Positions 39,605-54,733 of a stretch of DNA of 64,000 bases are shown here, piece after piece. Location of the stretch: contig NC_068999.1 in NCBI RefSeq assembly GCF_001194135.2, positions 12,916,239-12,980,238 on the forward strand. The letters run 5' to 3'. Both the position numbers and the translations under genes were made by a program. The stretch is from Octopus bimaculoides. Taxonomy: Eukaryota. The notes under the pieces are model-generated. The model searched no databases and was not told the DNA's origin. It saw only the letters and a program-made list of their open reading frames with translations. Numbering within the stretch: the stretch's first letter is position 1; each line of letters begins with the position of its first letter.

Positions 39605-42600
39605 TTGTTTTGAAGCATTATTGCTAATAGCTATCACGGCATTTTATTAATAATATCATTATGTATAATGTTTATATAACATTCCCCTTCAACACTTCCG
39701 AATTTATTGTATACATAGCATGGGTAAGCATGACGTCAATGAGAAAGTCATGAAATACGGTACTTTAATATGGCTTTTGTAATAAGTAATTCATCTTTTT
39801 GCTTCTCGTGAGGCCGATAACACATGTGTTTGGTTGTTCACCCATAAATAACCATTCCGGTTTTTACATGTTTTCTCCCTCACCGCTGTAACACTGCCTC
39901 TATTCTCCACGAGTTTTATAATTGAACTGTTCTTATTGAACTGTTCTTTTTGAATTTCCTCGATTACATTACTTTCTTGTAATTTAATGCTTTTCTTCTT
40001 GTGTATGTCGAGATAGACTATATTTTAGCAGCAATGCACTGACACAATTTGCAAGATATAATCTTACTACTCTAGTGATTCAAAGTATGATCTGCTGTAA
40101 TCTAACACTATGCATAATACTAATCTACTGTAATACTAAAAAAATACCAATAGTTGTAAGGAGTAGACGAGAAAAAAGAATATAATGAAGACTGGAAAAA
40201 CCGCAGACGAAAAGCAATATTTATTAATAAAATTTATTGTATACAGTTCTGTATCTGCCGTCCACAATAACTACTGAATTATGTTTGAGTGAACTATACA
40301 TCCCTACTAATTCGCTCTCGTGTATGTTGGTCTGTTTGTTACATGTAATTATTTAAATTAATATTCAAAGTTCAAGCTTCATACATTACAACCAACAACA
40401 TTTGAAGATGTGGAAAATTTGAGTTAAATTTGTATTTTGTCCTGTTGCTTTTGTCACTCTTTTAGTGCTGCATATATCGTAAATACAGGATTTTCTGTAA
40501 TGTAAGAGACGATAGCAATGTAGTGTGCGAATACAATTGAGAAGGACTGTATTTGCCGACCGATTTCTTATCATAGAAACTACTTTGTATTCCATTATAA
40601 CTATATTATGAAGCTGCAGAATTACATAGAATAATAAGGTTTTTGTCCTCAAACAGAGGAAACTAAATATTTCAGCAAGCTATATACAGCAGTTCATTTG
40701 TCAGGAGGCCATACGAACATTACGCATGTGTTTGTATAAATTTTGACTGTGTTAGGTACATGATTGGAAATGTGGACACAATTATTACGTTACAATATTC
40801 TCCTCGGCAAGATGTACAATCCGAAAACTTTAGGTATTTTGCCCAACATTCTAATGACTCTGCCAATTCGCCGCTCTTCAGTTGATACTTAAGTAGTTCA
40901 ACGAATATGCTGAGGAATGGTGATTGCCCTATGCAATGTGTTTATGTTTCTACCGAAGAATACGAAGAGGCACTTGCAAATCCAGTTATGATACATAATG
41001 CAGGTATTACATAATTTTCAATGACTAGGACTTGAGGATATCCCATATGTTTGAATGATACATCAAGTGTATATGTCCATAACGTCACTAATGCGTGTCT
41101 TTCAAGGGATTGTTGCTGTGTATTGGTCAATAAATAGTCTGTCTAAATAGAAAGTTCTGTATAGAAATCGATTTCTTTAAATCATTTAAGTGCAGCACAC
41201 AATTATACGCATTATACTTCATTGTGTTATAATGATTTAGCTTAAGGTATAATAGATTTTCTCATAGTAAAATAGGAATATATGTATGTTAGGTGGTAAG
41301 ATAATATCTTCAGTTAAAATAATGTGGTCTTAAATGGCCCGGTTTCTAATATAACAGATGAGTACATACGACATACAAGGGTATGTCGTACTCCGTACAG
41401 GCAAAAGAAAAACGCTACGAAGGAGTTGCCGCTGCCTTTCTATCTGCAGTGAAGACGCGACGATACGTAGAAATCAATCTAGAAATGGAAAAGTTGCGTG
41501 TCGGTTCTCGCATTATCTTCGGTGCATCTTCTCGCTACTCCTCGGTTATGGTATATATTACATATTGTGCCACAGCACTTATATTGTAAATGTTCCAAGT
41601 TTAAATTTCATAATAAATTACAGCATTGAAAAGCATGCCTGTTTTACAGGTTATTTGAAGATGATATGCATGTCGTCTTCTTGTTTTGTTATGTATTTGA
41701 TGTTGCTTGTGAATATATTGTAGAAAATATGGGCACAAGCCAAAATACACTATGCAGGTTCACAAAACACCGACTCAAGACACCAGTATGCGACAGAATG
41801 TTGAATATCCCCCAAACCAACAATCATCTCCTCTTTCCTTCTTCTCCTTTCGTGATATAAGTTGAAATTAAACTCGGTTAGTATCTACCGTTTAAAATCG
41901 ATGTTTCTTTCGTCACCAACCACTTTATCTACATAAATATTGTTTTCCTTAGTGATTCCATCTTCCATTTGGAGCCATAGTCGCATAGATCTGAATACGT
42001 GTACATAGCACAGCTTTTGATGTGTACAAAGTTAGACTTTTTTCAAAGTAAGTAAATGCACAATATGCACCTTGAAACTTAGAAAACTTTTTTTTATTGC
42101 TAGCAGTATACATATAATGTCTATGGTTAGAACACGCTAGCAAACGTCAGCAACGTCTACCTCTAATCTAGGAATGAAACGGCTCACACTGTTATAGATT
42201 ATAGAAAACTAGTGATAAACAGGAAAATACTGCAGCAACACACGTATTCATGAATATGACTACGTATGAGTCACTCAGGCCACTCACCCTTTTGGTAATA
42301 CGTGATATTAGCAACGCTGTCATCTTTTGAAGTATTTTAACTGTAAAAAAGTGACCATAAATAAAACTGCATCTCTACTAGATACGTTTAATGAAACGCA
42401 CTTTGACGGCACAAGTGCAAGCGATGTTAATAAAAATCAACAACTGGATGATGACGACAACAACATCGTCTATAAAATTTCAGCTAAATTCGTGTAAGCA
42501 TTTTGTATGGAGTTGTTATAAACAACAATGCATATTTTGTTGGCGGAATTTGTATTTTTGCGTTCGTCGACATTTACTCGAAACGGAAATATCTAATCGT

Positions 42601-43164
42601 CATACATTTATTATAAAAACTGTATTTTCCGAACGATTCGTTCAAGAACAAACTGCTATGTATTGAATAATAACTACATTATGAAGTAACACTAGTAGAC
42701 TGAGAAACATTACGTTTTACTAACAAAGGAAACCCTGAATAGTTCAAAAAGCGACATGAAACAGTTTTCATATGTGAGGAGGCAATAGAAATATTTCGTA
42801 TATATTCCGTAGGAAATATTGATTCAGTTATAATTTAATTTCAGCTGTTTTGTATATAAACCACGAGTAACAAGTGAAGACTATTGCATTCAACCTATGT
42901 TTTACATTAACAAGTAAAAACATTGGCACAGAACAATATATAAAATAGTAAATTTAACTAGAAATAAATACTACTATTATAAAATGTACGGAATATTAGA
43001 AGAAATATGATAGTATTTATCTGACAAAAGAATGGTATTGTGTTTAAGCAAGTTAAAGATGAAATACGAACGTGCCTCAGGAGAAGACAAGTACAGATAC
43101 ACACAAACAGAAACAGAAACACGCACACACATACACGCACACAGACACAGACAGTCACATGACA

Positions 43165-43325
43165 ACTAATGTGTGATATGCTTACGTCCTTGTAAACTAG
43201 CAGTTCGGCAAAATAAACCGATAGTATAAGTACTCAGCTTACCAAGAGTAAGTTTTGAGGACGAGATCTTCACCTAAAATAACCCTGTAAGGAGGTGCAC
43301 CACCATGGTCAAAAATAGACGAAGG
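43165..43325 (+). mobile_element. 3' half of the 7994-family SINE, diverged
   Basis: ttacgtccttgtaaactagcagttcggcaaaataaaccgatagtataagtact aligns with 8226-8280. Confidence 0.6.
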
Positions 43326-44779
43326 AAATAATAGAACTATCTATCTATCTATCTATATATCTATCTATCTATCTATCTAACTATCTATCTATCTATTAAT
43401 TAAATCTGCCATGTGTTAACATGTACCGACGTTCATTTAATCAAGATATCCTTGGACCCCAGAATAGCATGTAGAATACACCTCGCTATAATTTTATAAT
43501 TTTAAACTCTGCATGCCATTGTATTCCGTTAAATAACTTCCTACAGTTTTGTTTTCTAGGATATTTGAAATATTTCAATATAACTTCAGATTCTGCTAAA
43601 CAGTTTCTCTTTAAATCTTTTTACTTTGCCTGTAATATTTTGGTTATAGGAAATATATTTGCCTCGGATCTTGTGGAGATTTATACATATAATAGCTGAT
43701 ATTAAATTATGTTGGATTCATTTGTTTTATTCATATTGTTTTTATTCATTGTTTTAGTTCTGAAATTACACACACTATTTACATTGCCTCCAGACAGAAA
43801 GAAAATATTTTATGTATGTTTCTGAACCAGTTACTGTTTCCTTTTTGCGTAATATTTAATTGTTCCCATTCAACAGTTTGTGTTTCATAATGCAGTTAAC
43901 GTGCTATGCAAAGCGTTTTCTATTTCAAGAAATCACTCGGAGAATACAGTTCCTCTGCGTAACATCGATGCATCACATTGTGACTGAAATTAGTCAATTA
44001 ACCAATAGAACATTACACTGTGTAATATATGATGAATATATAAAATGAATATTCAATGAAAGTAGCAAATCAAGCGAGAACCTATAAAACTCGTAACAAA
44101 AATCACAAACCATTATGTCTGACGTTCTGACAATACTGGTAAACCATTTTCAAATTAAAAGGAGAAAACAATGTAACCACGCCATGCAAGCCTTTAGAGA
44201 TGGTACCAAAAAGCCCATGAGTCAACACGTATTTATTTTAAATTATGCATATTTTAAAATGTATTACGACCCACTCACAAACATTCATAGGCACATATAC
44301 ACATATACACATATACACATGTACACAAATATATTGATGTCTTATGAAGCGTCTTCGTTCATATGTGACCTGACGATTTTCGAAATTCTTCGTTGTTCTT
44401 TATATGTTGTACAATTTAAACAGTGCTAACTGAACGAAAATCGATTAAAGAAAAAACGCATTTGTTTTTAAGCAATGCTTGAATGGACTGCTCAAAATAT
44501 TTTCGGCCCAAACAAAACAAATATTTCTCTATTATATATATGTAGAGGAGTCAGACATTACTTCAAAACACCAACACGATTGAAAACAAAATCAGAGGAA
44601 AAAGAGATTACATTTTATTACAACACATTTCTCTGAATTCTCTGAGATAGAAAGAGAGGATTCTGATTTTTTAAAATAATCTTACCATTGCTCTTATTGA
44701 CATTGAAATAATCTTACCATTTCTATCATCGAAATTGAGACACTGGGGAGTACCAGCGACTGAAATACTCCAGGGATAG

Positions 44780-45740
44780 AAAAGGTCCCCAATTTCTGGT
44801 TGGAACACCCCATGAGTACTCACAATCACTTAGTGGTAGCGTTCAATTTATTGATATGTGAACCAGATTCTACCCCAGACTGGATGCTGGAAGAGCAAAC
44901 CATCCTAATTCCAAACGAAGGAAGTCACTGTACACCCACCAAATTAAAGACGAATAATATGGCTATCAACATACTACAAAACACTTGCATCATTCATCTA
45001 TAACCGGCTTATAAATCACCTGGAAAATAACAATGTCATACACAAAGAAGAAAAAGGGTGCCTCAGAGGGATGTATGGTTGTAAGGAGCCACATCTGATA
45101 AACTGAGCAATTATAGAATGTAAGAGGAAAAAGACGAATCTGAAAACGACTTGGATTGATTACCAGAAGGCATTCGACAGTGTTTCACACTCATGGGTAC
45201 TCGAATCTGCCCACACAAATAAGGTAGCCTCACCAATACTAAAGTATATCAAACATGCAATAGCATGTATAACACTAAAAGTATAACACTAAAAATGACT
45301 CACAAGGTATTAAGATATAGCCTATACCCATAATAAGACGACTTTTCGAGGGAGAATCACCGGTCACTCCTCTTTTTCTGTCTTTCTCTGACCCCGCTCA
45401 CAAACTTGCTAAACGAAATCACCATAGACTATAGATGCTACGGGCAAAAATACATTACCTATACATGGATGACTTTAAACCTTAGCTAAGTGCACCATGG
45501 AAGAGAGAAACCTCATCAAAGTGGTTCGGATTTCCAGGAATAATGTCTGAATGAGCATGGGCCACACTAAGAAGAGACAAATTATTCAACACTGAAAACT
45601 CTGCAATCGTCATAAACAGAAAACTTAGAGAATTACATCACAACCGCCCATACAAATTTCTAGGAATAGACAAACCAGCTAAAATACAACACACAGAAAT
45701 GAAAAAGAAAATTAGGAGAGGATATTACAGAAGAGTTAGG
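44780..45740 (+). mobile_element. R4/Dong-like reverse-transcriptase domain, decayed
   Basis: PGIEKVPNFWLEH, PDWMLEEQTILIP, EKGCLRGMYGCKEPHLIN, TWIDYQKAFDSVSHSWV, FCLSLTPL, YMDD (45462-45473), YKFLGI, EMKKKIRRGYYRRVR; several stops and frameshifts. Confidence 0.85.
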
Positions 45741-45754
45741 CTACACTGTTTACG

Positions 45755-45815
45755 TTACTTACATTTGACGGCTATTTTTCCTCATCTTGCTTGTTCTTAA
45801 CATAACGTTTCGGTT
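45755..45815 (-). repeat. Hammerhead-family repeat (as 3066), truncated copy 2
   Basis: Same body as 3066-3116; only GAAAC GTT ATGTT of the ribozyme remains. Confidence 0.7.
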
Positions 45816-48120
45816 CAAAGAATTCGTGATGAAATGAAAAGCAACGTTATCAACAGGAAGACCAGCAACGGAATGAACTACGGTTAATTCCTGATAAAAT
45901 TGAATTGTTATACATCGGATAAATATTTTGTTATTGAAAATGTATTTAATTGTGGGAGGCTAAGTAAGTAACTAGAACTTCAGTTTTTCCTTGATGTGGA
46001 TTTGACGTATGAAATACAGCAATCACTAACGGAATGCGAAGAAGAAATGCAAAATCAATCACCAGATTTTACTAGACAAAATTCAAAGAATTTTGGGATG
46101 TAACACTTTCCACATTTAACTGCTAGTGCAACACATAGTATTTTTTCCTACGGTACGTATGCGCTGCATCTATGTGTGTTTCACTGTGTGCACTTTAATG
46201 TGTCTATATTTAGACCAGACTCTGTTGCTCCTACACCTACATACATAGCCGTCAATTTGAAAACTAACATATCACTTAGAACGTTACAATGCATTACAGT
46301 GATAAAGAGCTGCTACTTTAAGAGTTTTACCTAAAATATTAGAGAAAACTTCATAACGCTATATATAGTGATTCCTATAATATATTTCTAGTAAACATCT
46401 CGTAACAATAAAATGTCGCCATTTTAAAAATCATTACGATATTGAGAAATAATGAAATGTTTGCAAAGTATAGATTATACAGTGCACACTCTAATGGACC
46501 ATCACAGACAAGTGATTGAGTCATAAATTGGTATTTATTTGTGTATAAATTTCTGTTGACCTCATTTTACTTGAAGTAATTTTGCTTCGACAGTACTTAG
46601 TTTTCCGTCAGCTATTACATTGCTTCTTCACGGTCATGGCTTCAACGAAGGATTTTCTAGCTTATCTTACGTGGTTTTCATTTAATAAGTTCTTTTTTCT
46701 CCGTTTCCTTCAAATTGACTGACAAAGAGGAAGCAATGAACACGGGGTTAATCTGCAATTTGAACTGAAGGAGATTATTCAGAAAATTGTGAAGAATATT
46801 AATGCAGCTTTTGTTTTCTAGTAATATTTATTTTCTTTATATTCTTTTGTTTTATGATATTCCATACACACATTGTTTCTCTAAATATTGATTATATTTC
46901 AAGACTTGGCCGATATTTATTGTAAATGATATATTCTCGGTATTATTACTAATATACCGAACGTAGTATATTAACAGTACATATTATGTCGATTGTGTAT
47001 AACTGAAGTGGAAAATCAACCCAGGCGCAAATTCTACAAAGAGAGGTGTGACATTAAATTAGTGAATCTGAAACATTTAAAAATGATTTTCACCCTTTTG
47101 ATCCGTTATCTCCAGTTCAATGGTTGTGATAACATTGATCTTTAACTTCAGCAAACAGCTAAACATTTGTAAGAATATGAATATAATCGATAGAATCGCC
47201 TCCAATATATTGCTGATAATTATTTAATTACTGTAACAAACGCAACAAGGTTAATAATAAAAGAGAATGCTGGTGTAATTTTAAAGTATTAGTTTAATGT
47301 ATGTTACTGAATTCAGCAAACAATATAGTGATGCTTTCTATTTTTTTTTCCAAAATCACTAAAATTATACTCATGAAAATATTTGGAAGGTTTATGTTTA
47401 TTATGATCGTTCGTGGATAGACTACTGTAGGGAGGCGCATCATCCCCAATATGTTGATATTAGTGAAAGTTATCGATTTTGCAGGTATAAAAAGAATTTA
47501 AGATATAAAATATATTACAAGTGTTTAAAAAAAATGAAAACATTAGTATCACCCTCATTCATAATGGAAGATAGTCCTTATATCTCACACGGACAAAATA
47601 ACAATTACCCACCTATATATCATACGTGATATATACTTGAGTAATTTAACAAACGGTGAGGCTCAAAATAGTGGAAAGACACTGTACAAGCAAATATACA
47701 TGCCTCGTTTCATATTCAACTCCTAAGGAATTCACCGAACAGGCTTGTATAAACAGACAACAGTCTCTCATATTTCATATGAGGAAATTAACACTGCCTT
47801 GTTTCATACCCTTAAAAACATGAAATGCTTTGTATTTCTATTATTTTGCAGTGCCTTATCGGTGAAGAACAAATAGGTGTTCCTGCTTAATTCATAAATT
47901 AAAATGTACAGAATAAATTAATATTAGTTTCTATATTGCTTATATTTTATACACTAAGGGATATCTACATTTGTTGCGAAAAATGTAATTAAACTGTCCG
48001 ATTTAATCGAACAATTTGCATGTCAAGGATATTAAGACGCTATGTTAAGTTAACCGTTTTTAATCAACGTGAAGTGAATTTTGATAACTGATGTCACATT
48101 TTAACAATGGTATTGAAGAA

Positions 48121-48174
48121 TATTATTATTATTATTATTATCATCATCATCATTATTGTTATTATTATTACTAA

Positions 48175-48234
<60 letters not shown>

Positions 48235-48320
48235 CATTATTATTATTATTATTATTATTATCATTGTTGTTGTTGTTTTTGTTATTATTATTATTATTAC
48301 TATTATTATTATTATTCTCT
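48121..48320. repeat. (ATT)n microsatellite with CAT/GTT interruptions
   Basis: Direct inspection. Confidence 0.95.
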
Positions 48321-51300
48321 ATTAATAATCGTGTCCCCGATAATGATATTTATGGAAGACCTTTTTCAAACTGTCAATTAATTGGAATATTTGAAATATG
48401 CAAGCCATAAAAAATAATTGCTGGGAATGTATCATATCTCAAACCCTCTATTTCGTGACAAGAGTATACCTAATGATTAGTCGTAAAAGGTCAGCTGTTA
48501 ATCGGTCATTATGTCCAGCGGGAATTATTGACACAATATATTATAAACAACCGAGTAATTAATGCAAATTCCGATAGTTAATCCTAACAATGTTTCTTTG
48601 TAAACATTTCACAACTATCTATCTATAGCGAATATTAATTTTCAGTTCGATCGATTACCTGATTCTGCGTCGAAAGTATTAAAATTACAAACTTTAACGT
48701 TTGGGGGATCTTTAAAGCATAACTTACTGAAAACTATGAATAAGTTTAACAAATATACTACTGCTAATATCCCATACACATTTCTATATTCACTTATTTT
48801 ATTACTGTCAATCAGTCAGTCCAAAACCTTCTGAAATTATCTGCAAGAAACAACATGAGTTTTAGAAATAGCTAATAAAACACTTTGTGGAAGAGAACAT
48901 AAACAAAAGTTTCTTAGTTATTTTATTGTTTCAGTTGCCTATAACTGAGACAGTTGTGCTCTCAACTACCCAATAAATATAGATTCGAAGTTCAACCAGC
49001 AACATACTTTGGCTCGAGTTACAACTGGCTACAGAAATTGTTCACCTTCTCACACTTCACTAACTCAAATCAACACACTTTCAAATACTTCGGAAAATAT
49101 TCTTCATCATATTACGCACGAATTCTTCTTATAAATTCTGTCCTTTCCTGTGATCAATGTCTTTGTGCGAGTACTTTACATTGCAAACAGCTTGCAAATG
49201 TATTATTTCTAGTGCTGGAAGGCATTTATTGGTGAACTGTTATTTGCATTCAGCATAACAGTATCCACTTTGTTTTCATTGACTGCACAAGTAATGCAGT
49301 CGTCCACATAATTTTAAATTGCTAACATGCACACAATTGTAAAGATTACCAATAAAGATATCGAAAAAAAAATCTTTGCTAAATTATCTTATCCTTCAAT
49401 AGAATATTCATCGATGATATCCGTGTTAATTACATTTGGTGTGTTTTCTATGTCTGACAGGATGAATGAGAAATTTCAACATTTGCTTAATTATATTACG
49501 TAACAAATTAATATAATGATTTCGTTTCTTTCGTACAGGTGACACCTGGGGCATTTCGCTGAAGGCTACGTGAAATAAAACCGTTTATTTCTTAATGATA
49601 TTCATCAATTCTTTGGTCTTGAATGATGTTGGTGATAGAATTGGAAGTAGGGCTGGGAATTGACAACTTCTCTTAGGAAAAATCCAGACGGATAGTTGAA
49701 GCTATCCTTGCACGTTACAGTCTTTAATTTTCTATACATAGAATTTGTGATTAATAACAGCTTTTACTATTTCTCAATGAAGAGAAAACTACCGTTTTCA
49801 GCGATAAAGTATTATATGCCGTTTACATAATTGTGTTCTGTAATGATCTCAAAAGTAACCGAAATATGGAGTTAGGAAATAGGGCTCCAACTTGAATGGA
49901 ATTGATATTGGAAAAATGTTATGCAAGCAATCACCCAACACGTTGAATTAAAGGTGTTGCTTTTAATAACAAAATTAAATAACGTTGAAAAATAGCTGTT
50001 ACCAATTATCGGCAGACTCATTATCAGCTGGATTAACGTCTTCATAATGATAATTACCATAATCATCACGTGTAGCATCGGCATCATTGAGGGCGTCATG
50101 ATATTCAATGTTATATTCATTTAATGTTCCGTTTAAATTTATATTCATGCATGAAAAAGTTCTTTTTCTTAGATAATTTCTGCAGTGTAAGTGAGTAAAC
50201 CTAGGTCACGTCCTCAGTTTTGTTATCATTTCTCATTATATTATGAAATTATAATCATGGTTTGAGATGGCAAATTGACAGCAAAATGCAGGGAATACGA
50301 AATATAACTTTCGTTATTCACATATTTTGCCAAGTCGTGTTCTTTGAATAGTATTACATAAAAAAGGAAAACGTTGCTTGATCTGCCGAGTTACCTCCCA
50401 TAACGTAATTCTGCGATATATAAAAACGTGTTAAAGGCAAAATAAATTTTAAAGTATAATTGAGAAAAACCAGTAATCTAAAAGATGAATATTCAAAGAG
50501 GTTGTCATTTCGAATCTCTATTTACCGTAAATCAAGCTTCATCCGTTAATTCGTTGCAGAAGACCACACACGGGAGCGATGTTACATAGAAACTAGAAAC
50601 TGACCCCTCCTTGTAGATGAATTTAAATTGTTTAACGCATATAATATCGAACGGCAAAAACATATATTCAAGCGAATCATAGTAATCAATAAGCGATTAC
50701 ATAATTGTGCCAAGGAAATGGATAATGAAGTATAACTGAGAATGATAAATTATGCGTAGACACCAAGAAACGTATTAGACTGCGACTTCAGATATAAATA
50801 CATTATTGTAAAACTGATCAAATGTAACATAAATACGCGGTTGAATAATAACACGTACTACACTAAAGTAAGGCTAATATTAAATATTGAACTTCATGTT
50901 AAATGTATGGTAATATATATAACTACAATTATTTCATTCGTGCATCAGAATCTCTGTAAAACATGCATCTAAAAAGGGAGGAGGTGTTGTGATATGTCTG
51001 AATGTAGAGCGCCGAAAACGATATAATTCGATCAAGATTGACATGAAAATAAATACGTTTCCCGAAACAAAATATAAATATATTTAAATTATATTTCATA
51101 TAATTCACAAAATGAAGGGCATCTAAGAAAATATACTTAATGCGGGAAAGTATGTTCTCGTATATTAGTGGGACTATAGCCAAAACGGTGTCCCTTGATA
51201 TAGGTATTGTGTTATAAATAGCAGCTAATTACTTATACTCCATATTACGGTAGAAAATACAGTGAGGGATACCAAAGTTTCCTTATGCACAAGCATTTGA

Positions 51301-52691
51301 AATTGGAAAGAGAAACAGATTCCCTAAAACACTGAATATATATAAACGTTTTCAAGTGCAGAGAACTAAAGAATTAGAGGCTGAATAAAAGAGAAACATA
51401 TGTTTTGAGGAAAACGTTAATTCAATACGATGAGATTAAATAGAGCAAATGTATGTAGAAGGAATAGTAGTGATTGAAAATAATAGAAGGCGGTGAGAAT
51501 ATATTTGAATGCAAAAGGTCAGAACGCGTCAACACATTATAACGTAACAAATGAGAGCGTTGTGTGCACACATCTCAAGCGTTTCCAATAACCTCGCCAC
51601 AAAGCCAACAACGTGAAACACCAACAGTATTTTCTCCAACAAGGAAACATAATCTCTGAAACGCTAAAAGTTTTAATTCCCAAAATCAAAAACAGGGTCG
51701 TTATTATCCCTAAACTTAACTGTTGAGATTTTTCTCTCATTTTCCATTATAGATTGCCTTAAGTACAACATTCATGTAAAGATAAAAATGAACCAATTCG
51801 TAAAATTTTATAGGACGAAGATTTCTTCAACTATCACGAAAATGAATTAATACAGGTGTTTAAAAGAAAGGAAATAGACGGTATTTCCGCTGCTGCTCAA
51901 GCTGAGAAAATGATTACATTGCGTGTACTTCGGTAGGATACGCACGCAGAAGAATACATTACGTTAGGGTGGGTTTGAGGTAAATTGAAAGTCGCAGCTT
52001 GCGCCCTATTAGATTTCATTCCGATACATTTCTCCAAAAAGACAGTCCTTTGCAAAATTGCTCGCGCTATACACTCAGTGTTTGTGGATTCCGGCCTTTC
52101 GGGTATGAATGCAGATATACGTTCACAGAAATTATCCTGCATCTCACATTCCGTTTACAGAAGGTATTTCATGCGCGGAATAATTTACGAAGCACAGTGT
52201 TTGATGCTGTGGAAGTCGTGTTCTGTCAGTTATTCAAAATATTGAGGACAGGAATACTCTAGTCTGGGAATTTATGAAAAAAAGAAACTGTGATGCAGAA
52301 TAAGAATTGAAAGAAAGAAGTGACAATACAAGAAAATAAATATTAAGACGATGATGCTATTTTTATAGTTACAAAGATGATTAACAAAAAATAAACATCA
52401 CCTGGAGACACATGATAAATCTTCTGTCATAACTATAATAGAAGACATTATTAGTGGTGTTGTTTGTGTTGATGATAATGATAACGATGCTGATGATGAC
52501 GATGACGACGGTAATGATGATGGTGTCGATATCAAGTGGATGATATTTATGATTGGGATGAATTTGATGATGACCATCTTGTTACAGCTTATGAAAATAA
52601 CGATACTAACACAGACTTCACATCAACATCGGTGATGACAAAATTGAGGAAAGAAAAGAAAGAAAACAACGTCATTTGAGTTAAGAGAAAT

Positions 52692-52956
52692 ACTATTATT
52701 ATTATTATTATTATATTATGTTTGACTTTTGTTTTGCATTTGTACAGGTCGGATCCAAGTCTCACCCAGAGACCTCAAGAGACAACAAGTTAGAAGTTCA
52801 TGTAGGTGTTATGCCTAGGGTACCATATATTTGGATTTGTACAGTTTTGTTCAAGTGAATGTTTAAGAAACCATTAAGAAAATTATGTGTTTGCTTTAAA
52901 ATTTGAGATCACATAGACAGTATTTTACGTAGGATATGGGCAGTTCCCATGAGCAC
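52692..52956 (-). mobile_element. 3' end of an R4/Dong-like element: ORF end, 3' UTR and (TAA)n tail
   Basis: From the gap edge the minus strand reads VLMGTAHILRKILSM* (stop at 52909-52911), followed by ~190 nt and a taataataa tail. Confidence 0.7.
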
Positions 52957-53944
52957 NNNNNNNNNNNNNNNNNNNNNNNNNNNNNNNNNNNNNNNNNNNN
53001 NNNNNNNNNNNNNNNNNNNNNNNNNNNNNNNNNNNNNNNNNNNNNNNNNNNNNNNNNNNNNNNNNNNNNNNNNNNNNNNNNNNNNNNNNNNNNNNNNNNN
53101 NNNNNNNNNNNNNNNNNNNNNNNNNNNNNNNNNNNNNNNNNNNNNNNNNNNNNNNNNNNNNNNNNNNNNNNNNNNNNNNNNNNNNNNNNNNNNNNNNNNN
53201 NNNNNNNNNNNNNNNNNNNNNNNNNNNNNNNNNNNNNNNNNNNNNNNNNNNNNNNNNNNNNNNNNNNNNNNNNNNNNNNNNNNNNNNNNNNNNNNNNNNN
53301 NNNNNNNNNNNNNNNNNNNNNNNNNNNNNNNNNNNNNNNNNNNNNNNNNNNNNNNNNNNNNNNNNNNNNNNNNNNNNNNNNNNNNNNNNNNNNNNNNNNN
53401 NNNNNNNNNNNNNNNNNNNNNNNNNNNNNNNNNNNNNNNNNNNNNNNNNNNNNNNNNNNNNNNNNNNNNNNNNNNNNNNNNNNNNNNNNNNNNNNNNNNN
53501 NNNNNNNNNNNNNNNNNNNNNNNNNNNNNNNNNNNNNNNNNNNNNNNNNNNNNNNNNNNNNNNNNNNNNNNNNNNNNNNNNNNNNNNNNNNNNNNNNNNN
53601 NNNNNNNNNNNNNNNNNNNNNNNNNNNNNNNNNNNNNNNNNNNNNNNNNNNNNNNNNNNNNNNNNNNNNNNNNNNNNNNNNNNNNNNNNNNNNNNNNNNN
53701 NNNNNNNNNNNNNNNNNNNNNNNNNNNNNNNNNNNNNNNNNNNNNNNNNNNNNNNNNNNNNNNNNNNNNNNNNNNNNNNNNNNNNNNNNNNNNNNNNNNN
53801 NNNNNNNNNNNNNNNNNNNNNNNNNNNNNNNNNNNNNNNNNNNNNNNNNNNNNNNNNNNNNNNNNNNNNNNNNNNNNNNNNNNNNNNNNNNNNNNNNNNN
53901 NNNNNNNNNNNNCAGTATTACTATTATTTGTTTTCTTCTTCTAC

Positions 53945-53989
<45 letters not shown>

Positions 53990-54696
53990 GTAGTAGTAGT
54001 AGTAGTATTCATTGCTAATACATTTTATGCACCTTCATTATTTGAGCGTAGCTAGTAAGATGATGAAGATTACGACCACAAATTATTGTGGATGAATTTG
54101 AGGAGTGGAAGGTTGATCAGAATGACAGCACCGATCACGATATTGTCAGTGGAATGGCGTTAATAACCATGATCTGGAACTGCATATTTCCGTGATAATT
54201 CACTCCTCAAATACAGATTTTGAGAGTATATACACAAGAAGGACACTTTACGCAGGTCATACGATATTAACGAAATTTCATGAAGCCTATGTTTCAAAAA
54301 GGAGACGGAAAAGTAATAGATCGTATCAAATCATATTATAACTATAGAACTATATCCTGTTGCATATTCACATAAAAGAACAACAAAACCATATGAAGAT
54401 ATTTTCTTAGCGATGACGTAAAAGTTACACAGCTACATTACAGACAGCTCCATAACTTTTTAGGCATGCATATATATGCACGTGTGCGTTTCTATGTTCC
54501 TGTATATCTGTGTATATGAATATGAATATTATTTTTTTATTATTCTATGCTTCCATTGCATAATGTAATGGCGAATGTACAATACTTTAAAGAATAACAT
54601 TGGACAGGTAGAGTATGTATATGGTTAATAGATTTCTATAAAATAAATGGTAGCGGCGTCTCCTCAAAGAGAGAAATGGAGACCAAACCTGACATG

Positions 54697-54733
<37 letters not shown>

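Noticed and set aside
44674-44737. 32-bp tandem duplication (aaataatcttaccatt twice)
   Set aside because: Ordinary local slippage duplication with no further structure.
49539-49579. Strong acceptor followed by GDTWGISLKAT* and AATAAA
   Set aside because: Too short to assign and no upstream exons can be identified.
51890-52262. Three overlapping 81-87-aa ORFs
   Set aside because: No recognisable motifs or convincing splice boundaries.
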